NCBI GenBank assembly: GCA_012295275.1
Contig: CM022665.1
Span: 22,754,001-22,818,000 of the forward strand
DNA length: 64,000 nt
Reading direction: 5' to 3'
From: Chrysomallon squamiferum
Lineage: Eukaryota > Animalia > Mollusca
The notes under the pieces were generated by a model, which saw only the letters and a program-made list of their open reading frames with translations, was not told the origin of the DNA and did no database searches. A program made the position numbers and the translations under genes. Shown here piece by piece: positions 14,101-29,200 of the stretch (its first letter is position 1; each line of letters opens with the position of its first letter).

Positions 14101-17100
14101 AAGAAAAACAACCTGTAGTTAGTGTGTCTTGTCACCTTAAAGATAGATGTAAAAATAATATTTCCAGTGCAACTAACAGAACCTTCACATAACTAATGAA
14201 ATGTAATACATTATTTTATTTTGTTCGGTAGACACAAGCTAATAATATTTTGGGGAAGAACGTTTGCAAATAAATTAATACAGAGACTTCAGTGAAGATT
14301 TAATGAGTTTTTTTTATTACTTCATTAATATTAATGAATAACACGAGATTCCATTTAATATAATAATAAGTTGATCATCATATGACGAAGGAACAGATAA
14401 CAGTACCTAATATTTGCCAATTATCATTGAGATGTAGCAAATTGATAATTCTATAGATTATTTTCTTTTTATAAATAACAAAGGAGCAGGTTAATCTATA
14501 CAAAAGCTATTAAATGATGTACAAAAAATCATTAGAATTTCATTTTTTACCCCCTGCTTTCATGCACTTATTGTACCCACATAGTCTGAGTTTAAATAAT
14601 GAGAATGAGAAAAGGATAAGCTTAACTCCAAAAAGTGTATTATTTACTGTTCCATTTAGATAGGTTATAAATTATGACCAGTTCAGTGATGGTTTTACAG
14701 GCAAGGTTATGAAAACATCACAGCAATTTAACAGATGACCTACTGGTCAGCAATAACTGTAATATTTATTTCAAGGCTCTATTAACTGATGAATGCTGTA
14801 GTAACAATAATTGCAGTAGTTATCCCAAGACTATATAAAATATTGAAACAGATTACTCTATAATATCAAAAACTAACATTTATCCCAAGCTCTATAAAAT
14901 ATAACAGATGATCCTACAACAACAATAGTTGCAATATTTATCTTAAAGCAACTATGTTTTTGTGAAACACTATCATCCAGCCCTGCATCTACATGTATTT
15001 GATGAGAAGTACTCTACACCTGACAGGTAAAACCTATCCATTATTTCATCAAATTGCACGATTTCATATAGCACATTTGACCACCTCATGAATACAAACA
15101 TCAATCTTGACAAAGAAACTTGAGCCCTTTTCTTTTCAAAGCCACTCCTACAGGGGGAGATTTAAGAAAGGGTTTATGTTATGGTGATAAATCTTTAACT
15201 ACAGTGCTCAGCTCAGAGGGGGTGTGTTTCCTTTCATCAAGTTAGTCCACTAAATTTGTTTACACCATTACAGTCCAGATTTTTGTTCCTTCCTATTCTA
15301 TTTTTGCATTAAATCTGTCGTAACAAATGACTTCTGTTTTCACCCTTAGGTGATAATTTTCTAATTCTTAAACTTTAGAGAATTTTTTGAAAATATTTCA
15401 GAAAGGGTATTAAATTTACAACAACAAAATGTATGACCTTTGCTACATGCTTTTACATGTAGTTCAGTTCAAGATACAGATGGCAATAATATGCAATGTA
15501 TTTGGAAGTAAACTTTCAACAATGAGTTGCTTGAACAGAGAGATGTAATTTCAAACTAAATAAAACTTAAATATGATCTGTTAGGTCACCTCCCATTTGT
15601 AACATTTCTTGCACATCTTGTAACCCAAGATTAACATGTAAGCTCATTACCAAACTTGTATCAAGACACAATGGAAATATGCACAAAATGTATTCAAATT
15701 TATTTTTCATATGGTAATAGTAAAGTAACACAAACAGAATTCTGTAAGTGTCAAATCAACTGAAGTGCAGTTAAATGGGATAACAATAAATAAAAAGAAA
15801 CAATATTTTTTTTTCTTATATCTCTTATTGAAATACATTTAATTCAGCCACACAATACAACCTCTCAGTCTGATGTGAAATAAGATTCCTGTCAATTCAA
15901 GGACAATATCAGATAATTTCTTTTACTCAGTGCCACACATAGCCTTGTGAAATAAAAACCAATGAAACTGTATATTAACAATAAACAGATTGAAACTAAA
16001 TTTAACACAAGATGGACTTTAATGTTGTTTTCTTGGTGTTACCATTTTGACTTCTGGCTTTTTATTGCACAAAATTTGTCTTATTTAATAAATGTTACCA
16101 TAAAACTGTTAGCAGTTATTTAATTAAAAATACCATGACAAATAATTCAGTATCTTAATGTTAAAATGCAAATAATAAAATCAGTTCTCAAAACAAAAAC
16201 AAAAACAAACAAAAATTAAGTCTATAAATCTTTTAGATTTATGATGTTAACAAAAGAATCACTTTAATATTTCAAAACTAAGTTTATTCCAACATGTTAT
16301 AATGTCACACATACATACACACGTTCACGTTTTTTCTTTATTATTATTATTATTATTATTTGTTTATTGTTTGTTGGTGTTTTGAGGTTAGGGAGGGGCC
16401 TTCAAATCCGTTAATATCCACACAAAAAAAAATATATATAAAAGTAAAAAATCTGTTATGTTCCTGTCCATGCACAATCTTGAAGGTGATCTATGCAGGC
16501 ACACTGCCAGAAAATTCAGTCTTGTGAAATATCTTGGAAGTTTGCACAAATACAACCACCTGAAAATGTGTTTGTACCCAGGCCTATCACAAGATTATTA
16601 TCTGTGACAGCTCAAATGACCACTTATTGGTTTTTACAATGGTTTTAATCATGGCTAATTATTTGTAGTTGAAGTTTTATTGGTTGTCACATAAAAAAAC
16701 ATTAATATAGATAAAAAATAAATACACACTGATATATGAATTTACTGTAGAACAGAAATTTAATTTGTTTGGTTACATGAATAAAGTAAAGTTACAAAAG
16801 ACAATTAATGGCAAAACTGTTCCATATTAATAATGAGCATTAGATCATTCATTAATATTTAAAACAGAAATTAACAGCCAACAAATATTAAAATATATGA
16901 TATAATCCTATATTTATTTTATTTTCAATTATATTTCATTTCAGCTAACAGAAAATATTTATTATGCAATAATTCAGGATTATCTTTACATATTTATACA
17001 ATTCATATGGACAAAACAATGACTTTTCAACTCTTTTCATTTCCTCTATAAGATGATCAATGAACCTTCTGATCAGTTGAACACAGGATGTCATTGATTA

Positions 17101-19412
17101 CTAAATCTGTTGTATTTTCTTAATGATAATGGGACCTGACATAGCAAATATCTGCCAGCTGGAAATTATCATGCAAGTCTTCTAGGCTATTTGTATCCAG
17201 ATAGTCCATCTGTTAATTCTGACAGCCATATTATTGATTACTTTTCAATATTCTTCAATTACATTGATGGCATCCAAGGCAGAATTACATCAAAATGTCT
17301 GTTTTTTGTTCACACATGGTCATTTACATTTATGATGATAACAAGAATAATTAGAAAATTGGTAACATTTCTTCTGAAGATTGGAATGCTAGAGTTATCT
17401 GAATAGAATTAAAAGGTCATTTACAACTTTGAATGCTAGTAATGAAATTATATCAGAACCAAACCAAGAACAAAGGTTTTTGTTTTAAATCCAAACAAAT
17501 ATGAAAAATCTGTTTTGTTTTTAAAATTACAAGGCAAGCATGCATCTTGTATACTATTCAGCCACTTGTAATAAACATTATGATTCAGTACTTCAGATGC
17601 CAGAGCTAACAATTAAAAGTTAAAAGACAGTGTAAATAAAAAAATATAAAAAATCCTAAGGCATTTATCCAATACAAAAAAAAAAAAAAAAAAAAAAAAG
17701 GAAATAAATAAAAAATTAAAATGATAGAAAAATAAATGTTCATAACCAATATTGTTTCATAACACTGTCTGCAGTATGTCAGAGACATAATTTCCATCGA
17801 TCTAGTTCTGAAGTTCCTTGAGAACAGAATAGACATGCTAAAACTGCCTTGTCTTATGAACCCTAAATAATTAATCATTTGTTGAGAATAAAGGAAAGGA
17901 TCAGAGAACTGTTAAATGAAATGCAAATTTTGGAAATTATAGAAATTTTAACAAGGTTTAGATGTGTAAAAATAAATATAAATACCATATGAGAATACAT
18001 TTATCAATAAATTTGTGATTACAAAGGTGTTATTAAATAATACGAAAAAGTAGTTATTGACCTATATTTCTATTTAATAATCACATAATAAAACCAGTGG
18101 TTAACAATAAAAGCATCATCAACAGGTGCAAATACTGTTTTTAGTACTGACCAGTGTAATCCATTATCTATGTGACAATTGTGTTAATGAGATGTGTCTA
18201 ATTCCATTCAACACTTTTACAACAGTGTTATACACCCATTATGTTCACAAACATTTGCTTTAAAAAAACACTTGCTTAATTCAACAAAAACCTACCTTTC
18301 AGTGTTATAACCCGGATAGTGAAGGCTCTTGCCTGGAAATCCTCACTTTGTATGCCATAGTGAAATGCCATATTTTCATTTCAACCCACTAACTGTCATT
18401 AAATCCATAATCCATTAAATGTTATCATTTAAAACATTAATTATGTAGAAAATTACCAAAATTGTCTGACACCCAAAATGTAACCCAACATCCAAAAGCA
18501 GCATTTCTGAAGAACAGACAATTTACATGTGGGTCTGTGTTTCAAACTGAGGCCTCATGGTCATGCATGAATCAATCTGTGATCACAGTCTATAGTTTAT
18601 AGTAAGACCGATCAATAGCCAGTGCTATCTTGCTATGGACTGACTGGCTAACACTGACATGTCAAACTTCTGTACAAACAGCATGATTGGCTCAGAGATT
18701 TAATTACTGCTGCCAAAGAGGTCAACACTGTCCTCACAAGAAGTAGCTATCTTTTCATGAGACAGGTAAATAAATATCTTACCAAGTCTACCTTGCATAA
18801 TGATCACCTGTCAGGTGATGCTGTCACTGTATCTGATCTACATAAGAAATACGGGATGCAATATTTACATTGGCATCATTTATTTCATATTTCCATGCAA
18901 ATTAAATATTTTAAACAATGATAATTCAGTATTATTCAAGTCAAAAATGTGTATTTATTTCATCAACCCATCTTATTGTTAAAATTTATGAAAACTGTTA
19001 TTAAAAAGTATTAAAAACTGCCTGTTTTGAAGATGTGTTCTGCTATGTATGTTTTATTAAAACAAACATGTAACAAATATGACATTAACTTATCTAAATG
19101 AATATACATCAAAATTGTGCAGTCAGTATTCTTAGAAATGTTTAAAAGATAACATTTTATTTGGATTCTGTCCAAAGATAACTTAGTTGATTAGAAGAAT
19201 ACAAATACTGGCATTAATAATGGGTTTGTTTTGATCAGTTGAGCAAAGTTTTTATCTGGGTAATGCATATATTACTGCATGTTAAAGTTCAGTGAGAAAA
19301 AACAATGCACACAGTATACAATACATGGTTTCCCACACTTCATAAATATACCTTTTTCATACTTATTGTCTTTTTATTATGTATGCACACATAGGCACGG
19401 ACAAAAAAAATA

Positions 19413-19450
<38 letters not shown>

Positions 19451-20182
19451 CAAGCACTAATAATTTTATGTTTCAATTTTCAAAGCAGTTCACATTTACA
19501 AATATACTGTGCATTTTAAATTATTTTATTGATTTTTGAAATAATAGCTGTTCACCAGTCTTGAAATAATACCCTCATAGGAGACCGGTACATACCCTTA
19601 TGTTCAATATTTAATGCTTACTAAAATAGATGGCTTTAACTAAATATGTGTTGTTCTAGATACATGCATATATATATATATTTAATTATGATTTTCATGC
19701 AACTATAAAATATAAATTATCTGCAAAGCAAAACGTAACAGATTTCATTATCTTCTTAAGGGAAAATGCTACCAAAAGAACTGCATGTATAGACATGTTT
19801 GAAATCTCAAATCAGTTTCTAATAATTATTACACAGATTCGTGTATACATTTTTCTTCCTTTGTTTGTATTAAGATTATTTATTTTCAGGAACAAAAATA
19901 TAATAAATTTATTGTTGTTAGTCTATAAACATGTTCAGAAAAAAACTCAGATTCAAATTTAAATTTCACAATAAAAAAATACAAATAATAATCAAACTAA
20001 CTGTAATGAAAATTAAAGGAATCTTTTAAAAACTGAATTTAATCACTGATGTATTTATGTATTATGCATTAATCTGTTTTCTTTAAATTTGATAATGTTA
20101 AACTTTAAATTTAATGTGACTGTTGGATACAATCTGTTATTAGTTTGACATATTCTTTGTATATTATTACAATAGAAATTAA

Positions 20183-20213
<31 letters not shown>

Positions 20214-23200
20214 TACAAACAAAAAAGTTTAAAAAAAAATTCAAACACACAATTAAGTAAGTGACTTCTATTTAACATTATTTGTAACTATCAAATGTAT
20301 ACATCAACTACTTATTATGTTATATTAGGCAAAGAAGATATATATGTAATTTTTAAACAAATAAAGTTGTTTTTGAAGAAAGGTTTCATTTGGGTTATTT
20401 ATTTAAAAAAAAATATATATATATATACACATATGCACATGTGCACACATTTAATTCACATTAGTTATTCAAGTTGTCAGCTTGATATAGATATTTCTAA
20501 AGCAAATAATAATTTAACAAATTAAAAAATAAATTAAGTAATTAATTTAAAAATTTATATATTAAAGCAAATATCTCTGATTTGAGTTTTCTTTAAAACA
20601 AATTTTAAAATTTGGAAATATGAACCTACAGTGTAGCGAAAAAAGAAAAAAAAAAAGACTTGATTTAGCGTATCTGTAATGCTTGTGACACCCCACTAAA
20701 TGCATTTGAGTTCTAGCGTATCGAACTTTATGATACTGTGGGTCTGCCTGCCAAGAGAACAGAGATAAGACATAAACTGTCAAGTGTTTCAAATCACTGT
20801 AGATGTATATGTAAAGGTACGTGTACATAACCATAAAATCATAACATGCTAATACAAACACAAGCCAAGATAATAAAACTGAGCTAGTGATACAAAGTTT
20901 TAACTGTTGCACACTTTGAAAATACCAAGATAAAATTCTAAAAATGTAAATTACTTTATTATAACTTTTGTAAAATAAAAGTGTCTAATAAGAATTACAC
21001 TTATTTACTTTTGTTTAAGCTAAAGTATTTTTTATCAAAGCATGATATATTAGTTACACAGCAGTAATAGGAATGTGAAATCAACATAGTTTAGTAACTA
21101 TCAATACTTAGTGACTTGTATATAACCTTTGAATGGCAACCTTTTAACCTGCTCATACTAGTAAACACAAACACAAGCTAATAAACAATTTGAACAAACA
21201 CACATATACAAATTAACTCTACATACTGAAAATCTGCTTACAAAAGTGGAAGAGATTTTAAAAAGGCTGTCTGAAGGTCAAAGTGCCTATATTCTTGAAA
21301 TGAAAAGTTTAAAAAAAATTGTAAATGTGTGGAAAAAAGAATTATCTATATACTAAGAAATAATTATAGAACATACTGAAATAAAGAAAAAATTATGATT
21401 TTAAATATATATATTTTTTTATTTCTACTGGTTTTACTTTATATAAATTATAAAATAAACACTAATATTTAATTTCACATTGTAGTCATCAAGTAACAAA
21501 AACATAATATACCTTCATAAAATAGAATTTCAGTTAAAAGCTGGGTAACAATAACATATATTATTCAATATAAATTTACTTCAGAAAATGTTGTGTTATT
21601 TTTTAAATTTTGATTTTTATTATGCAAAACTTCAATTTTCAATTAACCATGACATAGAAATATTTATAATACAATAAACCAACTAATTTAAAATGTTCAA
21701 TTTTTATAAACCTGAAATAGCATACCTTTCAGTAAATTAAAACCTTGTTCATAATGTGCAGCATGCTGTGAAAACATATTAAAGATATAAAAATATCCAG
21801 TTTTGATTCCTCACATTCGAATTTTCAGGCATGTCACCTCCAAGTGTTTCATGTTATCTAACAGACCTTAGAAAGCTGAGGCTCTTCAATGTAATATTCA
21901 GAAATCAACAAAAATATGTGTTTTTTGCATATATTTTTTCCCACTAACCAATTAAAATACTAACCCTAGAAACTCAACTGCAAGATGAAAACCTGAAATG
22001 TTTGCACAAGGAAAACGCAAACACTAAGTTTAAACAGGAGTCTGCAATAAAGTGTTTTCAACTGGACATGGGCACGTATTCCTATTGTAAACTATTGGTC
22101 TTATTCACCTATTATACAATATTACTTTTTAGAAGTCACAAGTGTTTGTGTTCAGATATTGGACTTTTTGTGTGTTGTTATGGATATCAATAGCTTATTA
22201 ATACAAGGTATGTTATACATTATGATGTTATTCAAAACTGTTCCTTCTTAAGAGAATATTAACTTCCACAAACAATTTGCAGGTCCGTTTTTTCATAATC
22301 ATAGAACCATTTATAATACTGCCTACAAATTTAGTAGATATTGCAAAAAAATATTAAGTTTAAAATTTGGACAGCTGAGAAAAACATTTTCTTTTACTTT
22401 TGGTTGTTAACTGAAATTATATTTATTTATTGAATACATGTAATTTTATTGTTCTCTTAGTTGCTGTGATTTAACGGTAAATGTGAAATGAGAGAAGCAA
22501 GATATGTGTTTATGAATTCTGGATTTTTTGTTGTCAAAGACTGGCTAAATGTTCTGATTTTATGTTCTGCTCCTTGTGGTGTTTATGTGGAAACCATTTA
22601 CAACAGGTAATGTCAACATTAAAATAACAATAATAATAATAAATAAATAAATAAAATAAAAACACTTTGTGTGTGTCTTTATTATACAACGTAATATTAC
22701 CTGCAGTTTCTTCATAATTATTGATGTCCTGCCAAGCAGCATTGAAATATCGTCCATATCGGCATACAATGTCTACCATTTCAGTGCCACATTACTGCAT
22801 TTACAGAGTATCTTTAGAATTTTAATATTCACAATTTATTCATTGAAAAAAATAATAATAAAAATAATAAAAGTGTTATCTTAACCGTAGTTTCCAAATT
22901 ACACAAAGTACAATTCAATTACTGTCAATACAAATAAATGTATTTTCTTCACATTTATTAATGATTCAGTTAGTTTGCAAGACGGGTACAACTTTCCTTC
23001 CAGATAGAAAGAAAATGAAATGCTGTGAAAAAGGACCTCTGCGTTGGAATGTATTGTTCATTTATGAGATTAGAAATCAATGTGCTTTTTTCATTCATGA
23101 AAACATTACCAGTTACTTGCCTGACTACTCCACTCCTGCATCAGTTTAATTTGCATGTTTAACTGATGACAGCTGATATTGGTCAATACACATTATTTGG

Positions 23201-26200
23201 TTCACTAGTATCTGTATTTTGATATTTTGGTAAAAATGTTCTTTAATGAATGTCTTAACACTATTCCTTGATCCATAAGAATTCAACAAGCAATATCTTT
23301 ATAGAAGAAAAAAATGTTCTGTATTGTCTGTTTTCAAAACAAATACTGATCATGATGAGATAGTGAAAGAAAATCCTTTTGCTTCTGAGAAAATGTCTTC
23401 TTGGTTTTAACAGTTTAATCCTGTATTAGCTTATACACTCCTAGTAAGCAGCAAGCAAACAGATTAAATATGTATGAATCTCACATCATTGAATGTATTA
23501 TTATAGAAAGTTTATATATAAATTGCCATAGCAGCTAGGAGCAGAATATCAAATCGGACACTCAGTTCATATTATGGTACTGCATGTCCAGTTCAAATAT
23601 ACTTTAAAAGAAGTAAATTTAGTTATATACAAAGTTCAGGTTTGACATCCACAATGCATTTTACAAATTTGCCATTATTTATAAATTCATTATTTCTGCC
23701 TAACTTCACTCTTTTTGCTTCTGGTTACACAAAGATGTGCAAGACAAATGAAAATATAAATTTCTTATCTTCCAGTACTAGCTAATCATCAGTGGTTCTT
23801 TGCAGTACTACTGCAATACATCTTTGTTTTGTTAAACTTCTAAACTAAAGCTTTCCTTCGCAATGTTTAATCTTTTTCTCAATCTTCTTAGACCTCTCTT
23901 CATTTTCCTTGTTTGTTTTTATATATACAAACAGAATAAACCACTAAATCTGGAAACTTATCTGTGGAGAAATCTTCAAAATGCCCAAGGAGATAAAACC
24001 ACTTTTCTCCAGCGTTTTCACCTGGTTAACCAGGTTTGATTTTCTAACACTCCAAAAGGTTCAGTCATAAATGTACAATCTTTTTTTTATCGTAAAACAT
24101 ACTGAAACCATATTCAAAGATTTTATAACAGTAAGTAAAACAACATACATCCATTTTATCAGTTGTGAATAAATGACAACACTTCATAAACCTTGTAAGG
24201 TCAATATACTGAAATAATTTGTGAATCAACAGAAAGAAAACACTTGAGTATAAACAAGAATGCACCATTCCAAATAAACAGCTGTCATTCTTTGTATACA
24301 AATCTTCACTGCAGACCAAAAAACATGCAAAAATCAGATATAAAATTCAAAAAGAAAAAAGTGGTCATTTCTTAGCCATTCATATGTGTGTGTATGCCAA
24401 AGTTTTACAGAAATTTAAGTATGAAGGTTCCAATGCAATATCGAAGCTATTGTTTACCAACCAGAATAATAAAAAGTGTGACCCTATGAAAGTAACAAAA
24501 GTGATTTCTCTAAGTAAATGATCTTGACATTTGTGGATTAGCTGATGACAGATTTAACTAAGGTAAACAACTTGCACGGCTATGTTGGCAAGGTTTCTTT
24601 GTCTACTGGTAATTTTACCCCATAAAAAATTTCATTTTCTATTATATGTTGCTATTCTTTTAAAGGAAATACAAGTTTCAAACTTGCAGCCTTTATTTAA
24701 CACTTGTTAAAAATTCTAAGCATTTACTAAGCTATTCATTTTGACAGAAAAATTATGAAGATTTTTAAATTTTAAAAAACCCTGGTCAATCTAATTTTTG
24801 ATTATACTTAGTGGGTTTTATTATTATTTTTTTTTTTTTTTTGTTGTTTTTTTGTAGTTGTTTAGTTTTTAAATTTAATATAATAGACTAAGCTTTGTTC
24901 TCAGTGAAACGTAATTTTAAAATGATTTTCTTGTGCAATTAACACTCACTCATAACTGCTTAGAAAATCAGTGAGATTGAATTAATAGAGTTAATACTAG
25001 ATATGTAGGAAATCATTTTTTAAATCAAGAACCAGATTCTATGAGGCAATGATTAAGCCAGTATTCTTAATACATATAGGAACTGGTAATCTGATAAAAC
25101 AAATAATCACAACACCCATTTTTTCTAATACATTAATACTGTTTTATATATGCAATTCAGATACTTGAATGGTGTGCCCTAGAGAGCTATGCCTGAACAT
25201 ATGGTAAATGTAAGTATTATTCAAATGCTTTTCTAATTCATGAACAACGATTCAGAATTACTGTCAGTTCCTAAGAGAGACTTGGTCAAACCCTAAAGAG
25301 TTGTTTCCCTTGACAAACCAGCCACAATTATTTCTAGGATAAATTTAAATATAATAATTTTTAATGAACATCCATGAATTTGTATTTTTAAGCCATGCAG
25401 TTATTACCAAAACTATAAATGAATTCTTGAAAATCTTCTTTACTTTAATTACATCAATGTTTTCTTAAAATACATCTGTTTGAGGGAGGTAAGAGGTTCT
25501 CTACTGGACTGGTAGATTAGACTATGGGAGGGATAACTGACTGGTTAGAGGGTGCAATATGTGACTTACCCAGATGCTGGCAACCCATGTCATATTGCTG
25601 GTGAGGTGGGAAATTTATAATTATTTATGAATATTAGTCTTAAGTAAATGATACAAAACTAGATTTTACATTTGAGCACATTTTTGTTAAGTAAACAAAA
25701 ACATTTTTGAATGATTTTGTTTTGGTAATAAATAAAAATTTTAAAAAAAAATAAAGAATAGAAAAAATTCCTAGCTTATTGTTTAGAAAGACAACACATT
25801 CACTTTAATACAATGAATAAACAGTTCCATTTAAAATAAAATAAAAAATCAACCATTCAACAGCAAAATGGGATTGAAGGAAAATTCAGTTAATCTCTCT
25901 TACATAATATTACAAAGACTAGTGGATGTGTAAACATTTTCACTCTAACTACAGATTAGTATCTGATATTAACAATATTCAGTTGGATAAGATACTGACA
26001 TTAATACATTGAAAACAAGCATTATATTTCTTCATTCCTACAAGATTTCCCACTAAAAGAAGTGCAAGTTAGGACAGGTTTAATGCAACAGTTGAAGTAA
26101 GTTAACCTTTTGGTCAGTCCTTCTAAGATATAGTGCACACAGATTTATACAAACTTTTACAATAAACACTGTTAGTGTAATACTACACCTCCATTTAAAA

Positions 26201-29200
26201 GTATGTTTATCAAATCCTAAAGAAATGATTGAAGTGAATCGTAAAGCAGTAATGATGGTGCAAAAAAGATAAAACATATTGGATAGATAAATGTATGTTG
26301 GTATTTTAATACCTTAAACTGATCAGATTCTTAATTCATGTTAAATCCGTTATAATGAATAAATTATTACTGAAAAAAGTAAATAAATAAAAATTACTAC
26401 TAGATTTGATTTGTTTGATTTTGGGGCATTTGTTTTTCAATTATTGTTGTTTTTTTTACTTGAAACAGAGAGACAAATTTGTGACAACAGTGTAATTTAA
26501 TAATATGATTCAGCACTTTATCTTATAAAGTCATATTTCATATTCATTACTTGTTTTTCTTTTAGTATGCACCCACAAAGACAAAAATTGATTTAATATC
26601 AGAACATTTATCAAACATGAGTAAATTTTTGTTACTGCCATCCTGTTTCAAATGCAAGGCTGCTGAATACAGTAAGTGAACTAAGTTTCATAAGTTTAAA
26701 ATTCAGAGAATAATGTATATTTTTGCTGTTGTGTAAGAGGACAGTGTCTCATACAACCTAGTTATGATCTGTGTCAAACTGGGTTTTTTTTTTAAATGTT
26801 CAAGTACAGACCATAATATACTTTCATCTATAAGAGTATATTGTAAATGTGTTCCATGTATTTTTTAGTACATAACAATAACAAATTATCATGTGAGTTT
26901 TAAAAGTGTACTTGTAATTTAATGCTATGAATTATCAGTGGTGCATAAATCATGATTTAGTTTTATGAATGTAAACAGGAAATGAAAATCTGTAATGGAA
27001 TATTCACAAAATAATTTTTCATACAAATAAACTTTCAGATGCCTTGGGGTAACATAATTCTAAAGTGTGAGCACCTGGGCCTGAATCTTTGCCAAATAAA
27101 TCTGCTAGAAAATGAATTAGAATGTATTTAGTACAAATTATAATGGCTTTATTGGCTTTTTATTCAGTTTACTACAACTTTTAAAATAGAAAACCTGATC
27201 ACTCGTCTACATTAAGGAGATAATTTATATTTCATGTAGTGAATTCTGTCACATTATATCTAAACAACGGGGAGAAAAGCTTTTCTCTTGGTATTGTTAG
27301 ACAAGAGCATTGTTCTTTAGACAATAATAAATTTCTATAACAGAAGTTTTATACCAGGGATGAATTTGGTATGTTTTACAAATCTGGCTAAAAACCCATC
27401 TTCAAATTGCACACCATTGCCAAATTTTGAAAAGTAATAATAGAATGAGTACAATATTTTATACATGACTTAAAATTACAATGGTGTTAATAAATACACT
27501 TTAGATATTTTATAGACATACAATTTGACAAAAGGTAAGAAAAGAATATATACTAGTGCAGACGAGTTCAAATATGCTATAAATAACACTGGTGAAAAGG
27601 AATTAAGTCTTTTGAAAAAAATATGGAAATGCAATACATATATAAATTAAATAAAATGTATTTTTTTATTTTATGCATCACTCCCACAATGTAGCTAAGG
27701 TAGATACCAGGTTTCATTTTGGATATATTACATTTGTTTCAAAATATACCAATAAAAGTGTCTGTATAAACAGGTCTGATCATGCAATCTCTCAGGTATT
27801 TTATAAATGTGGGATTCAAGGATTAGTGAAAGTAAAAAGAAACATGTTGTGTAGCTGCTGACAACATTTACGAGTATAAAAATCAATATGTATCTATTTT
27901 TATCTCAAGATGAAATTAAAGTCATTTTTATTTTGCTGTTTTTTATTTTTTCTCATGAATGCCAACAAAGAAGAAAAGAGAAAAGCTAAATAAATTGATT
28001 TAATACTTCTTTAACAATTTAAATTTAGTATTTCATACTCATAAAATATTCTTTAAATACAAATTTTTTTAATATAAAATTAGAAAATTCAGCCTGCCAA
28101 AATTACAGTTACACTTCACAAAAGATCAATATTTTAGTCAAATTGATTTTACTTTTGTATTTACTAAATTTCAAAATATATTTTTATTTTAAAAGTAAAA
28201 TATCCTTATAATTTTTATGACGAAGTACATGAAGATATATGTAAGTACATCATGCATAAACAAACATTTAAAACTGTTGAACAATAGGCACACTGTTAAC
28301 AACAGAATTATGTACAAAGTCAATTTGACAGGTTGACCTATGGAACACAAACATGTTTGGAATATATAGCTTTTTATTTATCAAGACATTCTTCCAAAGA
28401 ATGCATTTGGCTTTTAGCCAATTACATTTTAGCCAATCCTAGTATGGGGTATTGTTAATATCTATTCCAATTTCTATTTTCAAGATAGCTTTGTTCTTGA
28501 AGTGAAGAATGACACCCAGGTTAAAAAGAAAATATTGTTCTTATCTGGATAAGGACCAAAAACTTGATGAATAAATCATGATTGTATAAAAGACTAAAAT
28601 TTAATATATCTATGTAATTCAAAAAATAATAAAAAGAAAACACAAATAAATGATATATCTGATAAAAGAACAAAATAGAAAATAAAAGTACTAGTAATCA
28701 AGTTAGCAGATATATTACATTTTATAGGACTACCTTAATTTTTATTATTATTATTTGTTTTGTTTTTTTCAATAAATAATTTGAAAGAATATTGCAGGTT
28801 TCAAAATTTTATACCCTCATCAAAACAACAAAAACTGAATTGATAATAATTACACTAGGACACACATGTATCAAACCAATAAATATGTGATTATACATAA
28901 ATCTATCTGCTTAAAAGAATAGACGATTTAGAGTTAATTCCCTTACAAACGAATCAATTCAACAAAAGCCTGCACTAGTTTTATTAATATATTACTGAAT
29001 ACAAACAGAGAAAACAGAGTGTATGTGCATGTTTTCTCTTTACATAAATGCTAAATGTCATAATGATTTTAATATCTCCATATCAGTATTATGATGTATA
29101 TTTGTTCTGGAAATTTGGAAAATAATTTAAGTGTGAATCTTTAATGATCACTATTGTGATAACAGCTCACAATTAGGGTTTTTTTTTACATTTCTGTATT

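Noticed and set aside
14730-14949. CRISPR-like periodicity
   Set aside because: Degenerate tandem units without unique spacers, inside a eukaryotic intron, and no cas genes.
24020-24035. 16-bp perfect palindrome ACCTGGTTAACCAGGT
   Set aside because: Isolated, with no supporting context for a function.
23700-24320. Lys/Glu-rich and Cys-rich short minus-strand frames, possibly a decayed transposon ORF
   Set aside because: Multiple stops and no recognisable motif.
2120-28000. Numerous 60-116 aa F/I/L/Y-rich ORFs inside nesprin introns
   Set aside because: Composition typical of random AT-rich frames; no domains or consistent splice sites.
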